Below are positions 38,601 through 47,578 of a stretch of DNA of 64,000 nucleotides, in pieces. The notes beneath the pieces are model-generated. The model saw nothing but the letters and a program-made list of their open reading frames with translations, did not search any database and had not been told where the DNA came from. This stretch comes from Oligoflexales bacterium (GTDB taxonomy: Bacteria > Bdellovibrionota_B > Oligoflexia > Oligoflexales > Bog-1112): positions 32,001-96,000 of the forward strand of contig JBGCDR010000177.1 of the NCBI GenBank assembly GCA_045105515.1, read 5' to 3'. The position numbers and the translations under genes are program-made. Within the stretch, counting starts at the first letter, position 1. Every line of letters begins with the position of its first letter.

Positions 38601-39439
38601 AAAATAGGAAGAGAACCCAAATTGAGTTAGAAATGGATGAGGATGAAGGAGAGAATTTTGTATTGGTGCTTAGAACAGAGGGCTTTTATCGCTCGAGAAC
38701 CTTAGAGAAAGTCAATGCACTAATTCATGATTTGAATAGGCGATATTCGGTAGATAATACGAATCAATTCTATGATAATTTTATCTTACCAACTGAGGAC
38801 CAAATCAAAAAATATCCTAAAGTTTATGCCTTGACTCATACATTTTTATTTGGAAAGGAATTAAAAAAAATATTTTCCAAATATAGTGATAATGAGATAA
38901 AAGCGATCACTCGATCACACTTCACTAACTCTTGGTACTTTACACCAGGAGAACCTGCTAAAATTAAGGATTTTCGAAAAAAATATGCTTTAAAAGTCAG
39001 AGTCAATAAAGTCTTAGCATTGTATAAGAAAATAAAAAATGATTATGGACGGGAGCCAAACCGTGAAATTAATCGATCAATAGCAAAAAATCTTGTTAAA
39101 TTAGTCAGACTGCTTAAAACTGACGTATTTGGCTTACACTTTTTTAAAGAGGTTTGTGGAAAAGATGGGATGTTCGTTATTGGTGAAATAACGGGATTAC
39201 TTCGAAGTTATTCAGCATTAAATGACTTGATGCAGCTGCAGCGAAGAAGGTTTATGGCGAAAAGCTGGGGAACTTATGTTGATCGTCCTCCCTTACAAAA
39301 ATTCTTAAGAAAAAATCGCCTAATTCCGCCATCATCACATATTGAAAAGTCTAACACTGACAATGATATTTTTGGAAAACTCCAAACTGGTGTGCCTCCT
39401 AATTTGGATTCTCTTTATAATCACAATGATCATTTTTAA
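35633..39439 (+). CDS. Large secreted protein with atypical kinase-fold domain and unknown C-terminal region
   Basis: Signal peptide ending SKA; LKVKMG..E..SE, HDLHPGN and HDPASSLG motifs. Start at ATG 35633 (track gives 35573). Confidence 0.7.
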   Translation: MSCKLSLLSVLNMLVLLGFYVPKSKAEKIFVTGKDHGELSPGHVQAAEDFFSSKLKQNGNFDAEKIMEFLQYLKHEKKVVVKEVYETILFEKLAIDIKKYKKSKKKAEEKSGSEGSIIRGYNEYLIPKIEHLYKLVSSNIDQDLWQGIVDDFARVYVTYFIPNGHRSPWPEDVDIVHVGKRLFKPNKFRKNDIDGIQAFNLQTDRKNIVPIRGCLGKHIKLYHYLSPEELKKLIKCGYDISKIDPGVSILWQKPSYTNKKKDLAEVDYFPEDDDRIVYKRVNFRSRLSEKIKTKFKNKRNGRTYDLKVKMGQEVHSELLVSRLLAKAGLNQDRVQYRKKVRIYLEDESLEEFFAAFASKYRIESIARFIKAHGVEEETGVEWIEIKDVLLEGRPDDEVRVAPFDIGSWDLQNRREYRSLILLLGWMGIHDLHPGNCKLVFKESDQGLMPMHRLHDPASSLGGPMYLKKPKQIFSLGSIYRVNAFTDSFVKLDKKEKNVKIFWNDFANRRRNFQNTTWFDLKWMARNIASIDKQQIWDILVQTGMPFPIAKIYYLKLLLRRNEILKSFDLDSEFELDDVPDLKDVNLQDEDGDVIKKGKVVKTYFKDKNDPVQIASNWWTALPSLITFDIPVQEWRIAQSKDNGTSGLSGLEGVKQDLNLSNFSRTSTKFPIGLGITAIATRRVEPNFQLMGANGKIHLYKITDSIQLQVGVDSPLLRKLIKKVPILEADFKLSLYVKEFRHIHYEDEVGKAYFSKYDLIKIICNINHYAAFKLKPLEVIHSFDKIGFEMESGIGAYSTDPIFSNELSFLGGIRKITSNYIVRDQYGELHYYKDRDFGNYGGLSLDLGSVNLFALNLPLFNMRLGSSRFTYHMKDYVMRLPEQDRDKAEELVTESRKLKEYLALKDLSKSQVSSDAVDLNYSVDAKGSASTKGLGLLFLFNKLSAKSKVSSEVTLKNGEHKYFYRISRVDNKHVGVEQLELEISSFDLLVKNRKRTQIELEMDEDEGENFVLVLRTEGFYRSRTLEKVNALIHDLNRRYSVDNTNQFYDNFILPTEDQIKKYPKVYALTHTFLFGKELKKIFSKYSDNEIKAITRSHFTNSWYFTPGEPAKIKDFRKKYALKVRVNKVLALYKKIKNDYGREPNREINRSIAKNLVKLVRLLKTDVFGLHFFKEVCGKDGMFVIGEITGLLRSYSALNDLMQLQRRRFMAKSWGTYVDRPPLQKFLRKNRLIPPSSHIEKSNTDNDIFGKLQTGVPPNLDSLYNHNDHF

Positions 39440-39517
39440 ATCCCGATGGTTACACATTATCTTTAGGATTCTAAGTTTAAACAAGTCTTCGAAAATAGAA
39501 GATATGAAGCCTCTTGC

Positions 39518-40912
39518 TTATTTAATTTTGATGGTTTTAGCGAGCAAAGGCGGGGTTTTTAATTTTTCGATGAGATCATATTCTATAAGATGATCAAAGT
39601 ATTCTTGTGGGGAATACCTCTTTATTTTTCTAGCTTTTTTTATAGGGAATTTTAAATATGGTGAGGGCAATTCACCTTTGTACCTGTAATTCTGCCATTC
39701 CATAGCGATCTTTTGGTTTAATAGCTCAATACATTGTAGCAGTGCTTTAGCTATGAATTCTGAACAGGTAACTTTTCCTGTATGAGAAAAGTAGATTTGA
39801 TCTTCTTGCCTAGTTTTAGTTATGCTATAGTCTAGTGCAAAAATTGACTTGATTCTTCTAACTTCGGGATTGTACAATCGAGAAAAATTTTGGTTTTTAT
39901 TGTCAATAAAGTATTTCTTCATGATTTCCTCAAATCTTTCCTCTATCGATTCTAACCATGTTTCTCCATAGAGATCTTTAAATTGCTTTGTCATTAATGA
40001 TGGTACAGGAATCAACTTCTCCAGTTTTAAGTAGTAAGTATCATAAACATATGAGACTAAAGGCATTGTACCCACCTTGTACTTGGATGGTTTACCCCAC
40101 ATGTGGCTTTCATATTTTATATCGTTCCAGCTGAATGCAAGAGAAAAATGACTAACCCTAAGGTTGAGTATATATGCCAGAGCTTCCAAGGTTAGAATAT
40201 GACCAGCCCCGGCATTTCTATATGCAAAATCATTTCTAAAATCATAGGCAACTAGATAGACGCCTTTCTTTGGCTGAAATTCGTGAGCATGAGCAAGCAG
40301 TTTTCTGTGAAGGTCATAGGCAGCTTCGGCTTTGTTTTTAAGGTTTGCAATCTTGGGGTCAGTAGATAAAATTTTAAGAAAACCCCATTTTTCGAAGTCT
40401 TGAAATAGTATGTGGAGATGTACCATGCTTATTAGTTTTCTCAACTCTCGAACTTTCATTTGTTCGACAGGATGAATGGGGCTGTTAGTTACTAACTTTT
40501 CAGAAATATTTTTAATTTTTATGCTGATTTCGTCATAGCTTTTTTGAGTCTTGTATGTGTATGTAATTAAGTGAGATATCACCTGTGGATCGAGCTTTGA
40601 TGAGTTGATATTTGCTTTAAAATTCTGGCTAGATCTCAACTTCTTGTTGACTTTTTTGTTTCCCCATAAAGTCTTAAAGAATTTTAGGATAAAGTCTTGA
40701 TCAAGTCGCTGTTGTGTGAATGTCGGGCTATTTATAGCGAGCTCTTTATATTTTGACAATAAGTGAAGTGCTTGTTGCAGCTCAAGATTCCTCAACGAAG
40801 TGTCAGGTTTAGCTAGAAAAAGAGATAAACCTGAAGTTTTTTGGCATAAAATATTTTGGCTACTCGCTGCGATGAAAAATAAGATTATTGATTTTAAAAT
40901 TCCGCTCTTCAT
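39518..40912 (-). CDS. Secreted permuted papain-like (YiiX/YebB, NlpC/P60-type) protein
   Basis: Signal peptide; VSHFSLA (His) before VTCSEFIAKAL (Cys), then YSPQEY. ATG 40912 has SD AGGGAG. Confidence 0.62.
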   Translation of the reverse strand: MKSGILKSIILFFIAASSQNILCQKTSGLSLFLAKPDTSLRNLELQQALHLLSKYKELAINSPTFTQQRLDQDFILKFFKTLWGNKKVNKKLRSSQNFKANINSSKLDPQVISHLITYTYKTQKSYDEISIKIKNISEKLVTNSPIHPVEQMKVRELRKLISMVHLHILFQDFEKWGFLKILSTDPKIANLKNKAEAAYDLHRKLLAHAHEFQPKKGVYLVAYDFRNDFAYRNAGAGHILTLEALAYILNLRVSHFSLAFSWNDIKYESHMWGKPSKYKVGTMPLVSYVYDTYYLKLEKLIPVPSLMTKQFKDLYGETWLESIEERFEEIMKKYFIDNKNQNFSRLYNPEVRRIKSIFALDYSITKTRQEDQIYFSHTGKVTCSEFIAKALLQCIELLNQKIAMEWQNYRYKGELPSPYLKFPIKKARKIKRYSPQEYFDHLIEYDLIEKLKTPPLLAKTIKIK

Positions 40913-41153
40913 ATACAAATCTCCCTTAAATTGCATTGTTTTTATATCTTTTTATACAGATCGATCCAACATAATTATCACAAGCTTGCTCAGAGTCGCA
41001 TTTGTTTAGCATTGAAATTATTGGTGATTTAGATAATTCTAGTTTGTGCAAAGAGATAGTGGTTGATTTTTGTAGGGCTTATCAGCAAAACAACTGATAG
41101 AATGTGCTCCCGTCGAGGGTTTAAGATAGAAACGATGTTCGTAAGGAGACAGA

Positions 41154-41780
41154 ATGAGAGGTAGTTCTCGTCATTCAGAGGATCAACCATCAGGCACTGA
41201 TAAGATATTTAACAAGAGTATAGTACTTCGTTCAACTCAGACTTATGGGGTAATGATCGGAATTGGTTTACTCGTTTGCTTTTACTTGCACAATAACCTC
41301 AGTTTGGTATTTCAATTTCCAGATGACGGCCAAGTTCTGATAGAGCATGGTATGTTGATAGGCTTAGGGGTTGGGCTTATTGCGGTTTTACATGAGTTAT
41401 GTAAGTCAATGTTTCCTGAGCAATATCAGTACTACCGCAATTGGATCAGCTCGGTATTAGGTAGGATCACAGTACCTCAGGCGTTGTATTTAGCTTTACT
41501 TTCTGCAATTGGAGAAGAGGTCTTATTTCGAGCGGCAGTTCAGCCATATCTTGGGGTCTTGTGGACAAGTTTGATTTTGGCCTTTTTGCATGTTACTCCT
41601 AGAGGTTTAATTCCAGTTTGGCTCCTAATATCTTTTTTTACCAATTCCATGGTTGGGCTTATTTTTCACTACACCCAGAGTATTTACCCTGGTATGATCA
41701 TCTTCTTTTTTTACAGCAGCTTCGCTCTTGTTAGGCATGCTCTTAAAAATAAGAGACATCCAGATGCCGAATTAAATTAG
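41154..41780 (+). CDS. CPBP (CAAX protease/Abi) family membrane protein
   Basis: Multi-TM; GEEVLFR and LAFLH motifs; the final HxxxN motif is missing. Confidence 0.75.
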   Translation: MRGSSRHSEDQPSGTDKIFNKSIVLRSTQTYGVMIGIGLLVCFYLHNNLSLVFQFPDDGQVLIEHGMLIGLGVGLIAVLHELCKSMFPEQYQYYRNWISSVLGRITVPQALYLALLSAIGEEVLFRAAVQPYLGVLWTSLILAFLHVTPRGLIPVWLLISFFTNSMVGLIFHYTQSIYPGMIIFFFYSSFALVRHALKNKRHPDAELN

Positions 41781-41813
41781 CCACAATAAAAGAGCTAGAG
41801 AAAGTTTCTATCG

Positions 41814-42278
41814 ATGCGGATGAATTATCCACAAGTTTGTCTATACCAGCCAGAGATTCCTCAAAATACAGGTACTATAGGTAGGCTAATTGCCGCTACG
41901 CAAAGCCGTCTCCATTTGGTTCGGCCACTTGGCTTTTCCATGGAAGATAAGAATCTAAGGCGTGCAGGTCTAGACTATTGGCCATATCTCGATCTTGAAA
42001 TCCATGATTCAATCGAGTCGGTTCTAAGGTTTTTTTCAGCAAAGAAAATAGCGTTCTTCTCAAAGTATGGAAAAAAACCTTATACTCAGATGGGTGGTGA
42101 AAAAGACCTTTTAGTTTTTGGTCGAGAGACTTCGGGATTACCGGATAATTTACGGCATGATTATGAGGAGTGTTTTTATCAGATCCCAATGTTTCACACT
42201 GAGGTACGCAGCCTAAATTTAGCAAATTCCGTATCGATTGTGCTTTACGATCAACTTCACAGAAGAGGTCTTTTTTAA
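41814..42278 (+). CDS. trmL: tRNA (cytidine/uridine-34-2'-O)-methyltransferase
   Basis: YQPEIPQNTG, LRRAGLDYW, FGRETSGL, IPM..RSLNLANS. Confidence 0.93.
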   Translation: MRMNYPQVCLYQPEIPQNTGTIGRLIAATQSRLHLVRPLGFSMEDKNLRRAGLDYWPYLDLEIHDSIESVLRFFSAKKIAFFSKYGKKPYTQMGGEKDLLVFGRETSGLPDNLRHDYEECFYQIPMFHTEVRSLNLANSVSIVLYDQLHRRGLF

Positions 42279-42314
42279 TTATAAGTAAGTATAGTATAGC
42301 GAGGTAGCGTCTAA

Positions 42315-43427
42315 ATGATCGTCGTTCCAAAATCTCCAAACTGTAACTGGCTATATTCTTTCTGTGAACCCAAATTAATCCATGGTAAGGCATATACTAT
42401 TGATAAAACTAAGGTTATGTATAAATTGGATCAAAACGAATGCCCTGATGATTGGCCAAGAGAGCTAAAAGAAAAAGTATGTCGCTCATTGTTAGAGCAG
42501 GAGTGGAATCGTTACCCTAGTCCATATAGTGAAGAACTTTTCGAATTGCTTGCTGATTATGCGGGGGTTAGCTCTGAACATGTGATTGCGGGTCCAGGTT
42601 CAAACCATCTTATCTCTCTATTATTATCTACTTTTACTAAAGGACTGAAAGGAGAGTTGTATATTGGACGCCCTTCTTTTCCCCTTTACGAGCAGCATTG
42701 CGTGATGAATGGAATTCCTTATAAAAATTGGAATCTCGATGAAAATTTTAATTTTAAGTTAGAAGATCTTCATAACTTACCTGAGCATTCATTGGTAGTC
42801 TTTGCTTCTCCAAATAACCCAGTAGGCAACGTCCTTAGCAGAGAAGATTTGCGTACTCTTCTGCGAGAAAATCCTAAGACCCTTTTTATTGCAGATGAAG
42901 CTTACTATGAATTTTCTTCTCAGCCTTATACCGAGCTATTAAATGATCATGATAATCTAATTTTACTTCGGACCCTTTCTAAAGCTATGGGAACCGCAGG
43001 ATTGCGCCTTGGCTACATACTTGCCAGCAAGGAAGTAATCGAGTTGATGCGCAAGGTTACTCTTCCTTACCTATTAAATCGGTTTACCATTACTGCTGCA
43101 TGCGAAGTTCTGCGTGATCCCAATTCAAGGAAACGTATGCTTGAATTGGTTGCATTTATCAAGGCAGAAAAAAGTAGGATGTTAGGTGAGCTTGCTCGAT
43201 ATCCATGTCGTAGTGGTTTTAAGGCTCTAAATAGTGAGGCTAATTTTTTACTCATTAAATGGAACGAACAAGACGCTTTTACTAAAGCAAACCAGCGTTT
43301 GCTAGAGCAAGGAGTTCAAGCTAGAAACGTAAGTGCTGGGCCAGGACTTGTAGCTTGTATGCGTTTCACGATTGGTAATAAAGCAGAAAACGACTTTGTT
43401 CTCAATGTTTTTGAAGAATATTTGTGA
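42315..43427 (+). CDS. hisC: Histidinol-phosphate aminotransferase family (PLP class I/II)
   Basis: KLDQNE, NRYP, SPNNPVG, DEAYYEF, RTLSKAMGTAGLRLGY, SEANF. Confidence 0.85.
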   Translation: MIVVPKSPNCNWLYSFCEPKLIHGKAYTIDKTKVMYKLDQNECPDDWPRELKEKVCRSLLEQEWNRYPSPYSEELFELLADYAGVSSEHVIAGPGSNHLISLLLSTFTKGLKGELYIGRPSFPLYEQHCVMNGIPYKNWNLDENFNFKLEDLHNLPEHSLVVFASPNNPVGNVLSREDLRTLLRENPKTLFIADEAYYEFSSQPYTELLNDHDNLILLRTLSKAMGTAGLRLGYILASKEVIELMRKVTLPYLLNRFTITAACEVLRDPNSRKRMLELVAFIKAEKSRMLGELARYPCRSGFKALNSEANFLLIKWNEQDAFTKANQRLLEQGVQARNVSAGPGLVACMRFTIGNKAENDFVLNVFEEYL

Positions 43428-43462
43428 TGGATTTGCTTGAAGATTTATAAATGAATTTGCTG

Positions 43463-44170
43463 CTATATTTTATTTAATACAGTGTTTTCTCCATCGCTGT
43501 CTTCTATCGTAATTTTATCATCTGCGAACATGAAATTAGCAAAACCTTCGGTTCCATTCTCCCACTTGGGTTCTTCATCGGGGCTAATAGCCTTTCCAGC
43601 AATATTTTTAGGAACCGTTGCAACCCAGTCACTATAACCAAACCAATTCTCTTTATTGACAGGATTGATAAATTCCTGCCTCTCTATTGAAAATTCTGCA
43701 GATGTCTGTTCGATAGCAAAGGATACTAAATTATCATTAGTAATGACTCCTTCATTGAGTTTAATCTTGAACTCTTCTTCTCTAGACATCATAAGCTGTG
43801 AGCAATTAATACCTGCGAAATATTCATCTTTTTGAATATATTTAGAATCAGTAATTTCAATCTTAACTATCATCGATATATCGTCTGACGGACTGCATGA
43901 GCTCTTCCAACTGCCTTGTAACTGAGCAGCTATATTTGTCGAAATTGTGGCGCCTTCTACTTGCACACCTTCCTTCTTGTCGTTTTTAACAGCTTTTGGA
44001 CTTCCACTAGAATTCGTTTTAGTACTAAAATTTTCGCCTGACACTGGCACGAAATCTGATGCTTGACGTTTAGTCCCTTTGCTACCCCCTTGCTGTCCGC
44101 AAGCATTTAGGTATACAAAAATAAAACAAAAGATCAATGTGTTTAGATTCATAAACAAAGCCCTAGCCAT
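43463..44170 (-). CDS. Hypothetical lipoprotein
   Basis: Lipobox LNAC, low-complexity linker, LQGSWKSSC lipocalin-like start. Start at 44170 or 44152. Confidence 0.75.
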   Translation of the reverse strand: MARALFMNLNTLIFCFIFVYLNACGQQGGSKGTKRQASDFVPVSGENFSTKTNSSGSPKAVKNDKKEGVQVEGATISTNIAAQLQGSWKSSCSPSDDISMIVKIEITDSKYIQKDEYFAGINCSQLMMSREEEFKIKLNEGVITNDNLVSFAIEQTSAEFSIERQEFINPVNKENWFGYSDWVATVPKNIAGKAISPDEEPKWENGTEGFANFMFADDKITIEDSDGENTVLNKI

Positions 44171-44452
44171 AAAATAATTCTTGCTTGATTCAATTAACCT
44201 AATCGTAGATTGATAGTACTTTTTGATATGGTAAATTGCCTTTTTCTATACACCCTATAACATCGGAAAGTATGGGGGTATTCTATAGGCGTAATTGCGT
44301 GCATTTTACAAATTCCTCTTAAAATACTATTATTTTAGATAGTTAAATTATTAATTTATTGTGAAACAAATAACTTATGAAGTTTGAATATAAATTCAAT
44401 ATAATCGGTTGGGTAGATAAAAAATAATATAAAATAACGGGATTTAATAATC

Positions 44453-44481
44453 TTGACATTGTAATTTCATATCGGTATCAA
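44453..44481 (+). promoter_or_regulatory. Possible sigma-70 promoter
   Basis: TTGACA-N17-TATCAA upstream of 44514/44544. Confidence 0.4.
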
Positions 44482-44543
44482 TTGCAATCAGTGGAATTTT
44501 CACAAGAAAGTCGATGGCATACATAAATTTCATGGGGGTAAAT

Positions 44544-45293
44544 ATGCGGAAATTATTTGGGTTTGCAGCAATATTTTGTTTAGGTCTGAGTGTTCAAAGT
44601 CTACAAGGCAGTGATTTTTTGGAACCAATAGAGTTTAAATCGCCTTATGAAGACATGCACGCTGGCACGGGTCTGGAATTAATGGACCAAGTAAATGTCG
44701 ATTTTTCAGAAGATGGAGTTGCTTACTTAAAATATCTTGAAGAGCAGATCAAAGATGCTAAGGCATCAAGATTATCATCAAGAGGTTTGGGAGCAAGTCT
44801 TGCTGGTGTGGGCATAGGTCTTGCTCCAATAACACTGGGCTTATCTCTCCTTTACACGGGTATCGCACCTGTATTTATTGTGCATGGAGAAAGCCTTAAG
44901 AAAGACTTGAATGGTTGGAGGCTTATTAAAGCGTCCTATATCCACTGTGGATATAAAAATCCAAGTCAAGAAAAACTTGTGAAACATGATGAACGGATTA
45001 AAATCTTTATTAGCAAGTATCTGAAGCTGGAAGCAAATGCTGAGACGGTGGACCGTGTTGCTAAGGCAATTGTAGTTGCAAATGAAAAAGGATGGTTTGG
45101 TATAGTGTTTAATGACTCAAGAATTTTTCGCCAAAACAATCATAGACAAGATATTTGTAAGAAATTATTTATAGATAGTGAGCTTAACCCAAGTCTAATG
45201 AATGATTCTTCAGTAGCAGAAAAGATCTTGAAATATGCTGAAGCAAGAAATGAATACCAAGAAAAGCAGCAAGAGATCATGGAAAATTTATAA
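44544..45293 (+). CDS. Hypothetical exported protein with glycine-rich hydrophobic segment
   Basis: Signal peptide MRKLFGFAAIFCLGLSVQSLQG; internal GLGASLAGVGIGLAPITLGLSLLYTGIAPVFIV. Confidence 0.75.
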   Translation: MRKLFGFAAIFCLGLSVQSLQGSDFLEPIEFKSPYEDMHAGTGLELMDQVNVDFSEDGVAYLKYLEEQIKDAKASRLSSRGLGASLAGVGIGLAPITLGLSLLYTGIAPVFIVHGESLKKDLNGWRLIKASYIHCGYKNPSQEKLVKHDERIKIFISKYLKLEANAETVDRVAKAIVVANEKGWFGIVFNDSRIFRQNNHRQDICKKLFIDSELNPSLMNDSSVAEKILKYAEARNEYQEKQQEIMENL

Positions 45294-45318
45294 CTTTATC
45301 ACAGTTTTGATATTTGAA

Positions 45319-45371
45319 TTTGTTTCTAGCTATTAGTTTTGAAAAGAATCAAAACTAAAGCTAGAAACAAA
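45319..45371. terminator. Long inverted repeat / bidirectional terminator
   Basis: tttgtttctagct-a-ttagttttga / tcaaaactaa-agctagaaacaaa: 23-bp stem with one bulge between convergent genes. Confidence 0.7.
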
Positions 45372-45409
45372 AAAATATTTCTCAAAAAATCTATAAGAAT
45401 TAATAGTTT

Positions 45410-46729
45410 TTATCTAGCTTCACTACGTTTTAGAGTCCACTTGATCCCAGGAGGGGTGATCATTGTAGTTAGCATGACCATTAATACTATAGCTGAATAC
45501 AGAGCTGTATCTACCACAGGTTCATTATTAATAGTGAGGCTGGCACCAATAACAGCGAAAATTAGACCAACTTCTCCTCTAGGGACCATTCCTATCCCAA
45601 TCATTATGCGGTTTATAGCTTGATTGCTTTTACCATATATACCAAGGCCACAGGCTTGCTTACCAAGAATAGCTACAGCTGTTAGAGCGAGCCCGAGAGC
45701 AATGACTTGTGGATCCATAAAAGTAGTCAAATCAACCTGCATGCCCATGTGTACGAAAAATATGGGAACAAAAAATTTAGAGATTGGTAGGATTAGATGT
45801 TCAATAGATGGCTCATTGCTACCAAAAAATTTTGCAAAACCAGTTCCGTCTATGACGAGGCCAGCAGCAAATGCTCCAACGATGGGAGCAAGGCCGACCA
45901 GGTTAGCAAGGTATGCCATCAAGAAGCAAGTCGACAGTGAAAGGCTCAGTAATATTCCATCTGTTTGAAGTTTGGCACCAAACTTAAAAAGGTGAGGTGC
46001 AAACTTTCCTCCGAACAGTAAAGCAGCTGCTAAAAAGGCAATTGCTTTGAAGGCAATCATTCCAATTGAAACTAGGGAGACATCGGCATTGCCTGTTTGC
46101 GCCACGCTCATAATAACTCCAGAAACCACAGCAAGAATAATAAGACCTAGAACATCATCTATGACTGCAGCACCAAGGATAATTTTTGCTTCTTTGATAT
46201 GTATCTTGCCCAGGTCCTTGAAGACTCGAGCTGTAATACCGACGCTAGTGGCGCACAATGTTGCACCAACAAAAGTATGAATATAGATAGATTTATCAGG
46301 CATGAACATACTACTGGTGGCGTAACCAAGAATAAAAGGCAGTATGACTCCAATAATTGCAACGATAGTTGAAGTGACGCCTACTCCGAGTAATTCTTCT
46401 ACACTGGATTCGAGGCCGACTTCAAACAGCAGTAAGACCACCCCAATTCCAGCCATGATGGAAAATACTTCATTATGATTAATAAAACTAATGCCGTCAT
46501 ATCCAATGAGTGCTAGGTTTCCCAAAAAAACACCCATGACTAGTTCCCCAAGAACTGCCGGTTGCTTAAGTTTGTCAGCAATGATCCCCCCCAATTTCGC
46601 GCCAGCAAATAGGAGTACTAGACCTAGTAATATGGGAGCTACAGGGTCGTCGTGTGAAGCCCCAGATGCTAATGCTGGGGAACTTACCAGAGAAATAAAA
46701 AAACATGCTAGGATTTTTTGATGGTACAC
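45410..46729 (-). CDS. Cation:proton antiporter (CPA2, NapA-like)
   Basis: QPAVLGEL, LLFEVGLE, ATSVGIT, ILGAAVIDD, GAFAAG, GMVPRGEVG. Confidence 0.92.
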   Translation of the reverse strand: MYHQKILACFFISLVSSPALASGASHDDPVAPILLGLVLLFAGAKLGGIIADKLKQPAVLGELVMGVFLGNLALIGYDGISFINHNEVFSIMAGIGVVLLLFEVGLESSVEELLGVGVTSTIVAIIGVILPFILGYATSSMFMPDKSIYIHTFVGATLCATSVGITARVFKDLGKIHIKEAKIILGAAVIDDVLGLIILAVVSGVIMSVAQTGNADVSLVSIGMIAFKAIAFLAAALLFGGKFAPHLFKFGAKLQTDGILLSLSLSTCFLMAYLANLVGLAPIVGAFAAGLVIDGTGFAKFFGSNEPSIEHLILPISKFFVPIFFVHMGMQVDLTTFMDPQVIALGLALTAVAILGKQACGLGIYGKSNQAINRIMIGIGMVPRGEVGLIFAVIGASLTINNEPVVDTALYSAIVLMVMLTTMITPPGIKWTLKRSEAR

Positions 46730-46941
46730 TTAATCACACTCCTACTGTGGGTACAAGGATCGATAATGTGGACCATTATCCACAGAATCGATATTTTCTG
46801 GAATGAAAACTTTGATCGCGAAATAATTAAGCTTTGAAATTGGCTTGTAACGTTCAAAATTCTTTAAAAATCCTTGTCTTTAATCTGGTCTGTTACTAGA
46901 CTTGGTAGCCCTAAATCCTTGCTTATAGAGGGCTGATTGCA

Positions 46942-47574
46942 ATGGAAACTCGAAAACAACGTGCTTTAAAAAGAACACTTATAATGGCGATTTTTTTGAT
47001 CATTCCAGTGGGAGTATTGATTTACTTCAAGGTTCAAAACCACAGTCAAGATCGATTATCAAGTCATTACAAGGTCAGGCCTTTTTACCTTCAAACATCT
47101 GAAAATATGGGATTTTCTCTCAGTGATCTTAGAAATAAGGTGACCTTGTTAGCCCTTATTCCAGCAAAATGTCTGACACAACAAGAAATTAATGAGGCTT
47201 TGTATAGATCCCAAAAGTGGGCCAATGAGCAACTCGGGAGCAATAAAAGTAAGCCTTTTCAGTTAGTAGCATTAACCGAAGGTCAAATAGAAGTTCCGCA
47301 TCAATGGACTCAGATTAAGGTCGAGGATGGACAAGTCTTTCAAAAAAAACTTGACCCTTTTCTTGAAGGAGAATTTTTGCCTCAAGAGTTAAGCTTGGTC
47401 TTTATTGATCAAAATGCTGTGGTTACAGGAGTATTTTCTTATTCTGGGATAGAAGATTGGAAAGAAATAGAAGCTCTATGGTCCAAACTTGTTTTTAATC
47501 ATTACTTATCAGATTACTTAAGTAAGAGAACCTTTTTTGGTCCAAAACGAGAACATAGTTTTAATTATCATTAA
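46942..47574 (+). CDS. Membrane-anchored protein, possible degenerate SCO/thioredoxin-like fold
   Basis: N-terminal TM, PFYLQT...SLSDLRNKV, LVFIDQNAVVTG; only one Cys. Confidence 0.5.
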   Translation: METRKQRALKRTLIMAIFLIIPVGVLIYFKVQNHSQDRLSSHYKVRPFYLQTSENMGFSLSDLRNKVTLLALIPAKCLTQQEINEALYRSQKWANEQLGSNKSKPFQLVALTEGQIEVPHQWTQIKVEDGQVFQKKLDPFLEGEFLPQELSLVFIDQNAVVTGVFSYSGIEDWKEIEALWSKLVFNHYLSDYLSKRTFFGPKREHSFNYH

Positions 47575-47578
47575 AGTT

